A stretch of DNA of 64,000 nt, taken from an uncultured virus (IMG/VR IMGVR_UViG_3300031963_000026). Taxonomy: Duplodnaviria > Heunggongvirae > Uroviricota > Caudoviricetes. Location: positions 62,001 to 126,000 of the IMG/VR virus record IMGVR_UViG_3300031963_000026; one strand, written 5' to 3'. Under the pieces are notes generated by a model. The model was not told the DNA's origin. It worked only from the letters and a program-made list of their open reading frames with translations, and ran no database searches. Positions 9,799 to 20,880 of this stretch are shown here, piece after piece (position 1 is the stretch's first letter; each line of letters starts with the position of its first letter). The translations under genes were made by a program, and so were the position numbers.

Positions 9799-12700
9799 TT
9801 ATGTTACAGTATAAGTAAAGAATTGTTGAGTGGGTGATGTAATTATTTTAGTTCCTGAAATAGTCGCACATTGACCACTCCAACTAACAAACGTATTATT
9901 ATTACTAGGTACACCCGCACCAGTTGTGAAATATGCTGCTAAGATGTTTGAACTAACCGTTAGAGTTTGAGAACATCCTCCCGGTAAATTAGGTACCGAC
10001 AATACTGTACCCGAATATGTCAATTGAAGTGTTATGGTATCGCCGTTTTGGAATGTGAAGGGTAAAAATCCTCCCGCACTAACAGATGTTGGTGCCAAGT
10101 TTGAAAGTCTCCAACCTGAACCACTCAGATAATTACCGGTACTAGCTCTTCTAACTTGATTAAATATTGTTGATCCACTATCTGTACAGGTACCTCCTGA
10201 TGGATTCACACCTGAAGCTGTCGCCAAGGTTCTTGTTGTCGCCGTAACCAAACTTCCGTTCTTAATAATATTCGCCGTAACCTGCCATGGTTGTGTTGTC
10301 ATACCTGAGAAGAAACCTGTTTGAGTGTTAAAACTCATACCCCACTGATCGTTAAATGATCCATTCCAAGTTGCTCCCGTAGGTACGTTAGTTAAACCAC
10401 TCAATACTGCAGTTCCCGAATACACTACCGTAATCGCACTTCCCGGATATGTCGTACCTGTAATATCAACGGAGTATGCTGTTGCCGCTGACGATACAAA
10501 TATCGGTGTTCTACTCCAAACAAATGATGTAATCGCACTAAATGTATTCGCCGAACTTGGTCTTGTAATAGTTACCGGTGTTACGGATGTTTGAGCATTA
10601 GTAATATTATCTCTAACAACAATTCCATATGTACTACTTGATAAACCCGAGAATAATGTGCTAGACGAGAATGTAACACCACTATTGATTGAGTATATAT
10701 AGTTAGAACCCGTCGCACCTGATCCTGTAACATTAATAATTCCGAAGAACCTATTCGCAGTTATTGCACTATTTGTATAACTTTCACAAGTATCATTTGA
10801 TGATGCCAAACTTAAAATACCGATTGCCGGTAAAGTAGGTGTTGGTGTTTGTGTTGGTGTTGCAGTATTTGTCGGTGTTACCGTTGGTGTAGGAGTAGGT
10901 GTTGATGGTGTTAAACAATCAACACAAGATGAGAATGACGCAATAGCACCTCCATAAACAACATTTGATGAGTTGTCAGTATAATCTGTTAAAGTAACAC
11001 AAGTAGATATACCATCAATATAAGCACTAAAAATACTACCTCTTGTAATTGTCGTACCCGTTATAGAAATATTTTCAGAAACAATGTATTCATCACCCGT
11101 CGAACAATCAGTAAGAACTTTATTTCCACCGGGACAAATAAATGGTGAATTTACAATTTCATATATTGAAGTACCACTTGAAGAAACCGATCTTGTTGGA
11201 ATAGGTGTATTTGTTGGTGTTTGTGTTGGTGTAGGACTCGGACTTGTTCTTGTTACAGATATTGTAAATGTAACCGCAGCGGGTGAAGTCGTAGAAGGTG
11301 TTGGTGTAAATGTTGGTGTCGTAGTAGGTGTCGCTGTTGGTGTTGCAGTATTCGTCGTCGTTATTGACGGAGTTGGTGTTGTAGTTGGAGTTGGTGTCGG
11401 TGTTTTGGTTGGTGTTGGAGTTGGACAACTACTAACATCAAAAACACTATCACATATGTCGGGACAATCTGTCGAACATGGTTGCTTACCACTTAAAATA
11501 CAAGAACCACCTAAAGATGTTGATAAACACCATTTATTACCATCATAAAACACTGTAGCGGCAGATATTGTCCCACCACTATAAATATTTTTACCATTGT
11601 AATATGTTATGCTTTTTGTATAATTCCCACTATACGCCGATAATGACGGAAATGAAGTATTGAAACAAAAATTATCATCGGTACAACCTGTAACAACTGG
11701 TGGTAAATTCGCAAAAAGCGGAATGTTTGGTAATCCATAATTAAAATTAACACCACCACCCGTACTAGCATTAAAATTAGAAATAGTTACTGCCGATAAT
11801 CGGTCATTAGGATTATCAATATAATATAACTCAGTGGTACCTCTATTTGTGAAATATATTTTTTCATCAACCGCTAAGTGTAAAGTACCTAAACTATTAC
11901 CACCCGTTTGAACAAATGTTGCATAATTTGTTGATGCAGTAACGGTTGTCGCACTTACAGGTGGTGTTGTATTAAGATTAAATTGTAGTATCTTCCCACC
12001 CGCAGACGTTTGAAATTCGGAAACATATAAATAATTACCATCGGGTGAGAATTCACATCCTAAAACATCACCAACATCAAAAACCTCGGGATTAGCACCA
12101 TTGATATCATATATCGTATAACCCGTATTTCCCAATAAAACTTTTTCATTAGTTAAAGCACCGGTTGATCTATCAAAATCAAAAATACTTACAGCAGGTC
12201 TGTAAGCCGTGTATGATGGTACCGCCAAAGAATCACCAAGAACCATCGCAACTTTACTATAATCGGGTGATGGTTTTATTTGACCATAATTATTATACCC
12301 CTGTAAAACTTGAGCGGTGGTTGAGGTATATGGTGTTCCCGAAATACCTATATTATTAATTAGAAATGAATGTATTTGATTTCTACCCCAATTAGGTGTT
12401 ATTACCCATAGATCTTGACCATTTTGATGTAAGGCAGTTGTTAATACCTCAGCATAACCATATCCGTTATTAGAACCTAACGGATAATTAGCTTCACCCC
12501 CCGTTGTTGATCTATTACCTAATTCAACATTTGTATTTATAACTTGGAAAAATGGTGATGTTCCACCAGTATATTTGAGTGTATTATACGTTAATGCTTG
12601 ACTTGAGTTACCATAACCATTTTCAGTGAACGCCGCACCCACACCAACTGTTAGAACATAATACGTATCCGAACTATATGGTGATTGTAAAATAGTTGCC

Positions 12701-12963
12701 GATTGCATCGAAAAAGCACTTCCCGATAAACCTGTTGCAATGTCCGTTCCTCCCGATGTTTTGATTGTAACACCATCAGAAACAAGTAATAATTTACCAT
12801 TATCGTCAGAAAAACTGGTCCCACTCTCACCATTAGTTGCAAAAAAATCAATGGAACTTGTTACAATTTCGGGTGACCCACCACTAAATGTAATCCATAT
12901 ATTATTACCAGTCGTTTCGTGTGACGCAATCCAGTTCCAACCTTGTTTTGTATTTAATGCCAT
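9799..12963 (-). CDS. Putative receptor-binding protein: beta-propeller + Cys module + PT linkers + SprB-like repeat
   Basis: N-terminal ~420 aa (SFSDDNGKLLLVSDG, QSATIL, GQIKPSPD, CEFSPDGNYLYVS, YGLPNI) resembles the propeller of Bacteroidota T9SS cargo proteins; long PT tracts follow. Confidence 0.65.
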   Translation of the reverse strand: MALNTKQGWNWIASHETTGNNIWITFSGGSPEIVTSSIDFFATNGESGTSFSDDNGKLLLVSDGVTIKTSGGTDIATGLSGSAFSMQSATILQSPYSSDTYYVLTVGVGAAFTENGYGNSSQALTYNTLKYTGGTSPFFQVINTNVELGNRSTTGGEANYPLGSNNGYGYAEVLTTALHQNGQDLWVITPNWGRNQIHSFLINNIGISGTPYTSTTAQVLQGYNNYGQIKPSPDYSKVAMVLGDSLAVPSYTAYRPAVSIFDFDRSTGALTNEKVLLGNTGYTIYDINGANPEVFDVGDVLGCEFSPDGNYLYVSEFQTSAGGKILQFNLNTTPPVSATTVTASTNYATFVQTGGNSLGTLHLAVDEKIYFTNRGTTELYYIDNPNDRLSAVTISNFNASTGGGVNFNYGLPNIPLFANLPPVVTGCTDDNFCFNTSFPSLSAYSGNYTKSITYYNGKNIYSGGTISAATVFYDGNKWCLSTSLGGSCILSGKQPCSTDCPDICDSVFDVSSCPTPTPTKTPTPTPTTTPTPSITTTNTATPTATPTTTPTFTPTPSTTSPAAVTFTISVTRTSPSPTPTQTPTNTPIPTRSVSSSGTSIYEIVNSPFICPGGNKVLTDCSTGDEYIVSENISITGTTITRGSIFSAYIDGISTCVTLTDYTDNSSNVVYGGAIASFSSCVDCLTPSTPTPTPTVTPTNTATPTQTPTPTLPAIGILSLASSNDTCESYTNSAITANRFFGIINVTGSGATGSNYIYSINSGVTFSSSTLFSGLSSSTYGIVVRDNITNAQTSVTPVTITRPSSANTFSAITSFVWSRTPIFVSSAATAYSVDITGTTYPGSAITVVYSGTAVLSGLTNVPTGATWNGSFNDQWGMSFNTQTGFFSGMTTQPWQVTANIIKNGSLVTATTRTLATASGVNPSGGTCTDSGSTIFNQVRRASTGNYLSGSGWRLSNLAPTSVSAGGFLPFTFQNGDTITLQLTYSGTVLSVPNLPGGCSQTLTVSSNILAAYFTTGAGVPSNNNTFVSWSGQCATISGTKIITSPTQQFFTYTVT

Positions 12964-12964
12964 G

Positions 12965-15106
12965 TTATGTTAAACAATTTATATCGAAATCAATTATTAA
13001 ATTGATAACTAAATCTTTATTAAAATAAGTATCAACACCCGAAGAACTTGTAACAACTATTTGTCCTGTATTTTGATCAACATTAACCGAAGCAATATCA
13101 GGAAAACCATCTAACAGATTTGAAACAGTATCATACCATAGAGTATCCGAAGGAACTTGTGAAAGTGTATATCCCGTATAAAACGTAGAACTTGATGATG
13201 TTGTACCTGCACTTATTTCCGCAGTAAATACCGATGAATTAAATACACAATAAGTATTTCCCGATGTTAAAGCACTATACGCTTCATACACCATACTTAA
13301 CATATCTCTTTTTTGTCCAACCTGTACTATCATGTCGGAATCACACACACTATATGTTTGGAATGACGCTCTTAAAACACTACAAGAAACATCAGTAGAT
13401 CTTGTTAAGGTACATCCATTAGAACCCGAAACTGTTAAGGTGTATGTCCCTGCAGTTAATCCTGTGGCAACTAATCCACCCGTAGTTGTTCCCGAAACAT
13501 TTGATGACCATGTATATGTAAATGGTGGTAACCCTTGCGTAATTAACGCAGTAACCGTTCCACCACTTCCGGTGTCACCACAAGTTTGAGAATATAATGT
13601 AAAATTCAATCCCGAATCACTACCAATTGTAAATCCCGATGAAATAGTACAACCTGTACTATCAGTAACAGAAATAGTATAATTACCCGACACTAAATTA
13701 CTAAAGGTTGTTGATGATAATGAGGTTCCCAATAAACTTTGTCCGTTACTTAAAACATAATTAAATGGTGCCAAACCTCCCGATGTTTTTTCAACATAAA
13801 CTTGTCCAACACCACTATTACACGTATCACCCGTTGCACTAACATTTATACCGAATGAAACATTATTACTAATTGTTGTTGTTCCCGTATAACCACAAGA
13901 ACTATTATCGTTAAAAATTATTGTATATGTTCCCGATGTTAAATCTTCAAAAGTATATTGTGTGGAATTAGTAACTTGTGATAAAATAGTGATCCCACTT
14001 AATTTTAATGTATATGTGTAAGCAGGACTTCCTCCATCCACACTAACCTTTATTGACCCATCACTAGCACCACAGTTAGAGTTAGTTGGAACAATACTTA
14101 CAGAACTAATTGACCCAGGTGAAACCAATGTGGTTGATAATGTGGCAACACATAATCCCGCATCTGTGATATTAACACTAAAGGTTCCGGGACTCAAAGC
14201 CGAAAATGATAAACTTGTCGCAGTAGTGGATGATATTGTTCCATTACTAGCCGAAAATTGATATGGTGCAGATCCTCCCGATATTGTCAATGTTGCCTGA
14301 CCATTAGATTGTAAGCAAGTTGGTTGGATTATTGAACTAAACACACCACCAACAACACTTACGGTTCCTACGGTAGCGTCCTGTGTTAATGAACACCCAC
14401 TACCATCCGTAACGGTTACAGAATAAGTTCCCGCTGATAATCCTGTTCTTGTGGATCCCGTAGATCCATTATCTTCCCAAAGATAAGTGAAGGGTTCCGT
14501 ACCTGTCTCACCAGTTATAGAAATCGTTCCTGTTGATGTAATACATTGAGAACTATCCGTTATTACAAATCCGTAAGAAATACTCGGACTATCTTCTATG
14601 ATACACGTTTCTGTGGTTGCAGTACAACCCGCACTCCAACCCGACACATAATAAATCCCTGTCCCTAAATTAGTAAATGTGTATGTTGAATTATCCGTTG
14701 TTTTGGAATCAAAAACCGCACTCCCTTTATATAAAACAAAATCAACATCCGAGATATTTGTTGTTGCTGTAACCGTTAATATACCATTCGCTTCACCACA
14801 TGTAGAAGCACTAACCGTACTAAACGATAAACAAAGTCCCGAAGATATATTAACATTAATATCTAAGAATTGATTTGTGGGACTTTGAGCATCCGTGGCT
14901 CTAACATAATATGTTCCTGCCGATAAACCCGTTCTTAATGAAGAATTTAACGGTGAAAATGGAACGGTATATTGACTATCGTAATACCAATTAAACGTAA
15001 ATGGTGGAACCCCCGAACCGGGAACCACATTTATTTTTGCCGCACCGAAATTAGTATTACTACAATCACCCGTTACGCTTAAATAATAATTAAAATTTGC
15101 ACTCAT
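12965..15106 (-). CDS. SprB-repeat-containing virion protein
   Basis: About seven tandem Ig-like repeats of the form C..xxG.I.V...GG.xPY.Y.W...GLSAGTYSVTVTD..GC. Confidence 0.8.
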   Translation of the reverse strand: MSANFNYYLSVTGDCSNTNFGAAKINVVPGSGVPPFTFNWYYDSQYTVPFSPLNSSLRTGLSAGTYYVRATDAQSPTNQFLDINVNISSGLCLSFSTVSASTCGEANGILTVTATTNISDVDFVLYKGSAVFDSKTTDNSTYTFTNLGTGIYYVSGWSAGCTATTETCIIEDSPSISYGFVITDSSQCITSTGTISITGETGTEPFTYLWEDNGSTGSTRTGLSAGTYSVTVTDGSGCSLTQDATVGTVSVVGGVFSSIIQPTCLQSNGQATLTISGGSAPYQFSASNGTISSTTATSLSFSALSPGTFSVNITDAGLCVATLSTTLVSPGSISSVSIVPTNSNCGASDGSIKVSVDGGSPAYTYTLKLSGITILSQVTNSTQYTFEDLTSGTYTIIFNDNSSCGYTGTTTISNNVSFGINVSATGDTCNSGVGQVYVEKTSGGLAPFNYVLSNGQSLLGTSLSSTTFSNLVSGNYTISVTDSTGCTISSGFTIGSDSGLNFTLYSQTCGDTGSGGTVTALITQGLPPFTYTWSSNVSGTTTGGLVATGLTAGTYTLTVSGSNGCTLTRSTDVSCSVLRASFQTYSVCDSDMIVQVGQKRDMLSMVYEAYSALTSGNTYCVFNSSVFTAEISAGTTSSSSTFYTGYTLSQVPSDTLWYDTVSNLLDGFPDIASVNVDQNTGQIVVTSSSGVDTYFNKDLVINLIIDFDINCLT

Positions 15107-18045
15107 TAGTTACAGAAAATACTGAAGTCAATACCAACATTAACTTTTAAGTTTATGGTTTCATCTTCACATGTTAATCTCCTAATTGTTAGAGTTGTAC
15201 CTTCAGTAGAGAAAGTATAATAATAACCATCATCAATTAAAGTATTAAGAGTGTTTGTTAGTGCATTTTTCCAATCTGTGTTAGTTGGAGCATCACTTAT
15301 ACCCGTTGTTGTATAAAATTTATCATTAGCAATTGTTGTTCCATTTTCTTGGATATTAACATACCAACCAACAGAAACCGTTGTTGTAATACAATCTGTT
15401 AAAGTTTTACCCAATGTTGCAACATAATTGTTTAATGTTTCATATAATATCGCCGAAAACGCTTCAGTTGGATATGTGTTACATGTTGATGTCTTAGTAA
15501 TACAATCATACCCAAATAATGTTCCAATCGCACGACATCCCGCTTTAGTTACAGGAACCAATTGACAACCTCTTTGTCTTCTATATACAAACTTTTGTCT
15601 GTGAAAGATTGAGTTTTCAAATTTAGTACCTGTATTCCACAAGGTAGATGCCGGTATAAATTGTTCTACCATTCGTATCCAATAAGAACCAATACCATCA
15701 ACATAATCAGATAAACTTTGATATGTAAAATTATCATTAGATACTCCAACATTTTCAGATTGTAACCAATTCCAAAAAACTTGTGATAATGTAGGATATG
15801 CGTTGGTATTACCCCCCGTGATCCATTGTCTATTTCTAGTATTAATCATGGTACGCCAAAAAGATTGAGCGAACTCAAAAAATGTTTTTGTTTGTGGTTG
15901 TGGATTTACAAAAGTCCAATCCATATTACCCGGTGTCGGATATGGTGAGCTCAATCCCGATGATGGTATAGGATAATTAAACTTGTTTGACATTTTCCAA
16001 ACATCATAAACTATACCCTGTGATGGGTTCATAAATAAATCAACGTTCTTAACATTAATTGCTAATTTATCATTAGATATATTATAATAAGCATTATACC
16101 CACCTTGATCACCAACCCTTAATCCAAGATCATCAACACTCCAACTTTTCCTATTATCAGTTACTTTTCTCAACGTAAAACCTAAATGCATATTAGGGAA
16201 TGTTCTATATTGATTCAAATAATCTTGACCATATGTAAATGGCGATAATGATGTTTGAATGTTAGGGTTTGTCCCACTAAACACCGATAAAGTATTATTA
16301 ACAACTTCAGGACTTCTATGTGATGGTGTAGATTCAAACCACCCACTTCCTTTTTGGAAGAAAAATGTTGATCCCGTAGCATTAAAATATGGATAACCTT
16401 CGTTATCTATCGGATAATCATTCCTACTTTCGGTTGCAAAACTAAGTGATGTTGTAGATGTAAATGCAGAATATGTTGTACCCTTAATTGTATATGTATT
16501 ACCCTCAATAAATTGAGGAAAATCTTGTTCAAAAAATCCTGTTTCAATTTCAGCATATTGTGTGTCAAATTGTGACATATTGATTTTTTGATCCGCCAAG
16601 TAAATATTCTCGTTAAATTCAACTAGAAAATCAGGTGCCCCTACTAACTTCATAATCCCTTCAATAGCCTTTCTTGTTCCTTTTGATTTGAAAAGATATG
16701 CCGCATTTAATATTAAATTCCTGTAGAATTGAAAATTTAATTCGGTTGGTGTTAAGTTTCTACTATACCCACTATATTGTATAGCTCCATTAGTATTAAA
16801 CACACTACTTAGAAAATCAGAACTCGAAATTGGTGAAACATTTATATTATATCCAAGTGTTTGTGCTAAGTTTTTTAATAGTGCGGAAGGTATGTCGTTA
16901 CCTGGATTGTATGAAACGTTATTCATATATGCCAAAGCATCAATGAATTTTTTAACTTCATCAAAACCTCTACCATAAATTTGTAAAACCTTCTCAACTT
17001 TTTGTTCTGAAGTATCAAACTCTTTTAATGATTCGGTAACAAAGAATCTTGAAATCAAATTTGTTTTTTGACTATCAAAACTTTCAGCAATTTCTGATAT
17101 TGCAAGAACATAGTCGTCAAAAACACTAGTTCTAATATCTAAGTTCCACGATCCGTCCAACGGCCAAGTAACATTTTGTCCTTGAACATACAGAACCCCG
17201 TCATCGGATTCTCTCGGAACGTTAAATGTTGCAGTATATGGTGGATTTGATAATCTATTTAACAAGAATCTCTCAACCTCATCAAACGCCTCCGAAAATG
17301 TCATTTCGGTATAATAGGAGCTCAATCTTATTTTCAAAGAATCCGTAGTCGTTGTGCTTGTAAATGCTTGTCCGCTAACGACAATCTGTAAGGTCCCCGC
17401 AGAAATACTTGTAGTAGGAACAATATAGGTTATGGGATATTCATATCCATTAGCATATAATGAATATTTTCTATAATTGTTTGTAAAATCCCTTAAAGGT
17501 GATGTTGGTGTTTCTTTAGCCGCAAGATTGTTTAATGAATTTGTTGTAAAATCAATATCAAAAGGGTTTTTTATAATACTAGCATCAATACTCATTGTCG
17601 TTTCAACGTCCTGAGAATCATACGACATATCAAATGCTGTCGTTCCTGTTGATAAATCATATCTTGTTTGATCAATATCCATAGATGCGGGAAAATAACC
17701 TAAAATCTTAGTTATTGAAACCGCCAACCTTTTAGTTAATGACCCATATATTGTGAAGTTAGTAACCTCGGACAAATCAAAATTTGGATAAACTCTAAAT
17801 TCTTTCGCCAACAACATTCTTGACTCTTCCGTATTTTGAACAGATAAAGTTTCAAGTGATATAGGTTCTGAAAACGTTCCAATATTAAACGTCCTACTAC
17901 TTTTTTGTTTTACCGATGTTGTAAAAGTAAAATTACCCGAAGTTAAACCACCCCCATCTACCAATTGCACACCAACCAGATTATCAAAAGTGTTATCCGC
18001 TCCTGATCCTGTTTGTGGTGGTGTTATTATTTTATTAACTGCCAT
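15106..18045 (-). CDS. Baseplate wedge protein (P2 gpI / T4 gp7-like region)
   Basis: LKNLAQTLG...YLFKSKGTRKAIEGIMKLVG motif; position in the baseplate cluster. Confidence 0.55.
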   Translation of the reverse strand: MAVNKIITPPQTGSGADNTFDNLVGVQLVDGGGLTSGNFTFTTSVKQKSSRTFNIGTFSEPISLETLSVQNTEESRMLLAKEFRVYPNFDLSEVTNFTIYGSLTKRLAVSITKILGYFPASMDIDQTRYDLSTGTTAFDMSYDSQDVETTMSIDASIIKNPFDIDFTTNSLNNLAAKETPTSPLRDFTNNYRKYSLYANGYEYPITYIVPTTSISAGTLQIVVSGQAFTSTTTTDSLKIRLSSYYTEMTFSEAFDEVERFLLNRLSNPPYTATFNVPRESDDGVLYVQGQNVTWPLDGSWNLDIRTSVFDDYVLAISEIAESFDSQKTNLISRFFVTESLKEFDTSEQKVEKVLQIYGRGFDEVKKFIDALAYMNNVSYNPGNDIPSALLKNLAQTLGYNINVSPISSSDFLSSVFNTNGAIQYSGYSRNLTPTELNFQFYRNLILNAAYLFKSKGTRKAIEGIMKLVGAPDFLVEFNENIYLADQKINMSQFDTQYAEIETGFFEQDFPQFIEGNTYTIKGTTYSAFTSTTSLSFATESRNDYPIDNEGYPYFNATGSTFFFQKGSGWFESTPSHRSPEVVNNTLSVFSGTNPNIQTSLSPFTYGQDYLNQYRTFPNMHLGFTLRKVTDNRKSWSVDDLGLRVGDQGGYNAYYNISNDKLAINVKNVDLFMNPSQGIVYDVWKMSNKFNYPIPSSGLSSPYPTPGNMDWTFVNPQPQTKTFFEFAQSFWRTMINTRNRQWITGGNTNAYPTLSQVFWNWLQSENVGVSNDNFTYQSLSDYVDGIGSYWIRMVEQFIPASTLWNTGTKFENSIFHRQKFVYRRQRGCQLVPVTKAGCRAIGTLFGYDCITKTSTCNTYPTEAFSAILYETLNNYVATLGKTLTDCITTTVSVGWYVNIQENGTTIANDKFYTTTGISDAPTNTDWKNALTNTLNTLIDDGYYYTFSTEGTTLTIRRLTCEDETINLKVNVGIDFSIFCN

Positions 18046-18950
18046 TAGGTTGTTATATTACTAAAGTTTTTACTAAAATCTATGTTATTATTTCTATTTT
18101 CACGAACTTCATATAATAAATTATTAAAGTCATCCTTAACCTCATAAAGGTTGTATTGTCTGAAGATATTATCCGATCTATCATAAATCGTGTAAATACC
18201 ATCTTCCAAAGATTTTGTTTGATTACCATAAAGAGCAATCGCCAATGTTTTAATATCGTCTTCAACAATTTCAACGTCTAATGTCACAGGATTGAAAAAT
18301 GTATTTGAAAAGATAATACTTTGACCCGGTTGTCCGATAAATGGAATCGCGTTTGGTTTGTTTGTTGGTTGTGATGATGGTGAAAGTGTGCAAAACATCA
18401 AATTTGTTGCACCATCCACATATCTATATCTTGTTGCTGTGATTGAACTATTTCCAATATTTTGAACGATCGGCTCACAAAAAAAGTTAGAAGTTACTAT
18501 TCTAAAAAAATTAGGAATTTTACTTCCATCATTATTCAAATACTCAACTCTAAACCCAACCAAACCTTGTGATACAAATTTACTTCTATATTGAACAGGA
18601 ACGTTATTAAGGTCAATGATTATCCCCTTTACGTTAGGAAGTGCCGCCAAAACCGAACAATCAGTGATTGATGTTCTAATTTGAGCGGGTCGGATATATA
18701 AAGTATAAATCCCGATTGAATTAAATTGATCTGCCGGTAATCTTAAATTATACAAACCACCTAATATCTCATTACTACTACCCCCAATAGCGCTATTACT
18801 AAAATAAGGTCTTAAGATACTAGCCGCATCTAACTTAGTTATTGTAAAATTATCTGTAGTGTCCCTACTCGGTGTATAATTCATAATAATTTCTACATCC
18901 TCGGGGCTCACATCAGCGGATCTTAAAGTTCCATAAACTCCTGTTGCCAT
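18045..18950 (-). CDS. Hypothetical structural protein
   Basis: 301-aa ORF with TATTTAT upstream, coupled to the next gene. Confidence 0.55.
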   Translation of the reverse strand: MATGVYGTLRSADVSPEDVEIIMNYTPSRDTTDNFTITKLDAASILRPYFSNSAIGGSSNEILGGLYNLRLPADQFNSIGIYTLYIRPAQIRTSITDCSVLAALPNVKGIIIDLNNVPVQYRSKFVSQGLVGFRVEYLNNDGSKIPNFFRIVTSNFFCEPIVQNIGNSSITATRYRYVDGATNLMFCTLSPSSQPTNKPNAIPFIGQPGQSIIFSNTFFNPVTLDVEIVEDDIKTLAIALYGNQTKSLEDGIYTIYDRSDNIFRQYNLYEVKDDFNNLLYEVRENRNNNIDFSKNFSNITT

Positions 18951-18979
18951 TATATTGTTTTTACTATTTTATAAATACA

Positions 18980-20062
18980 TTATTGGTCGGTTTTTACATT
19001 AAAAAAACCATATCCATATTTCTCTAAATCACCAACGTTATCCACCTCGGCAATTCTTAATATTGTTTGGAATGGGCTGGACTTACCCCTATCCACAATT
19101 ATTGAACTACTAACCACGGGTTCCCCCCATGTTTTTAGTAAAAGTTCGTCTTTAACAATAGGTCTTGCTTGTAACCAATCCGATGTTAATCCCGAAGAAA
19201 CCGCAACATAAATTGTCGTACCATCAAGATAATCAATATAATTAGTTCCTTGTATAGTGTATGCTGTATAGCCAGGTGTTATCTCAGTTATTGACCCATA
19301 TTCCGAACCATTCTTAATCACAGGAACATTTTCTAAATAAGGTTGTGGTCCATACAACTTCAAAGAACGTAATTCCGATTTTGAAAAACCCGAAACAACA
19401 TTAGGAATACCATTTGTTAATACCGTAGTTTGTGCCTCAACACTATTTTCAGAATCCCCCGAGAATACAAACGCATAAGATACGGGTGTTGCAGACCAAG
19501 ACCCAACATTAGACGTGAAATAAGCAATACCCGTAGGATCCGGATCATACGCTAACGTATATGGAACTTGGATTTGTTTTTCCACGCTAATACTACCCCA
19601 TTGATTGTTTTGTGTTAATGTGATTGTATAAAACGCAGGTGTTTGTGGATAATCGTGTGATATAGGTTCGGGATAAAATGTAGATATTGTCTGTGAGCTA
19701 CCGTCACCCCAATCAACACTGTATGATGAATTTTCAATAAACGATCTTAATCCCGATTGTGATGTATTGTAAAAGAAATAGGTGTATGGGTTTCCGGTCG
19801 TTGCTGAAAATAAAAAGTTAGTAACCGTATCACGTTGTAATAAGTTACCATCAAAAACCGAATAAAAACCACAATCAACCGCAGTTTGAGTTAATAATAC
19901 AGGAATTGTCATTCCCGTGAATAATGAAGTCCCACTAGTTCCACCCGACATCATCGCAGTTACCGATGAATAATACCCCACACTTGTTCCACTATAATTC
20001 ACGTAATGAACTAATGTATCCAAAACTTGAGGACCAATCTGTATTTTATAATAATTTTCCAT
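18980..20062 (-). CDS. Structural protein with PKD-like domain
   Basis: YSVDWGDGS...ISHDY...YTITLT PKD signature. Confidence 0.6.
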   Translation of the reverse strand: MENYYKIQIGPQVLDTLVHYVNYSGTSVGYYSSVTAMMSGGTSGTSLFTGMTIPVLLTQTAVDCGFYSVFDGNLLQRDTVTNFLFSATTGNPYTYFFYNTSQSGLRSFIENSSYSVDWGDGSSQTISTFYPEPISHDYPQTPAFYTITLTQNNQWGSISVEKQIQVPYTLAYDPDPTGIAYFTSNVGSWSATPVSYAFVFSGDSENSVEAQTTVLTNGIPNVVSGFSKSELRSLKLYGPQPYLENVPVIKNGSEYGSITEITPGYTAYTIQGTNYIDYLDGTTIYVAVSSGLTSDWLQARPIVKDELLLKTWGEPVVSSSIIVDRGKSSPFQTILRIAEVDNVGDLEKYGYGFFNVKTDQ

Positions 20063-20880
20063 TATGGATTAATATATTCATACCATTTTATCGGTGAAGA
20101 ACTACTACCCACCTCATTTTCAACAGGATAACCATACGCCTTATACGTTTGGTCATCATAATTTAATACGTATTTATAATAAAAATAGTTTGTACTATCG
20201 AAATTAAACTTCACAGGTCCCGGAATATTACTCTGTGGTGTATTCATAAACCTAATAAACTGTCCAATATCCGCATTATAAAACTTAGCACTAACATAAA
20301 ACGTATCAACATTTACATATAATCTCTTCTTTAACCAATAAAGGAAAAACCCCTCTTTATCACCAATATAATCTAAAGAAAAATAAGGTTTTCTTATATC
20401 CAATGTTTTTGAATTAAATAATATTGCGGATTGTGTCTCACCTTGTTGTGTTGGTATTATTACAGAAAAATATAATTTTTGATCAGTTGTTGATGGACTA
20501 TCATAAAAATCTAACTTGAAGAAACTTTTATCAAACGCTGGTGAAACATTATAAATGTTATATGCAGTAAAATAAGTTTGATAAGTATTAACCCATAAAT
20601 TAGAATCCGAAGAAGTGGTTGCTGTAACACTTGTTCCTCCACTAAAGAAATTAAATTCATAATCAATACTTGTTGTCCCATTTGGATTTTCACCATGACA
20701 AAAACGATTAACCTCGAAATCATCATCCGATCTTAATAATTGAGATAATACACTATCTTCAAATTCCTGATAAGCCTCATTAATACCATAATAATCAAAA
20801 TCATTAGATATCGGTAATATTATTTCCCTATCAGTAGGAACCACATTTCTATTAAAAGTAAAATTATTCACAATCATCAT
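20062..20880 (-). CDS. Hypothetical structural protein
   Basis: 272-aa ORF coupled to neighbours in the baseplate cluster. Confidence 0.55.
   Translation of the reverse strand: MMIVNNFTFNRNVVPTDREIILPISNDFDYYGINEAYQEFEDSVLSQLLRSDDDFEVNRFCHGENPNGTTSIDYEFNFFSGGTSVTATTSSDSNLWVNTYQTYFTAYNIYNVSPAFDKSFFKLDFYDSPSTTDQKLYFSVIIPTQQGETQSAILFNSKTLDIRKPYFSLDYIGDKEGFFLYWLKKRLYVNVDTFYVSAKFYNADIGQFIRFMNTPQSNIPGPVKFNFDSTNYFYYKYVLNYDDQTYKAYGYPVENEVGSSSSPIKWYEYINP

Noticed and set aside
7770..11548. Plus-strand Val/Gly-rich ORFs (7770-8069, 11084-11548)
   Set aside because: They are antisense shadows of the Pro/Thr tracts.
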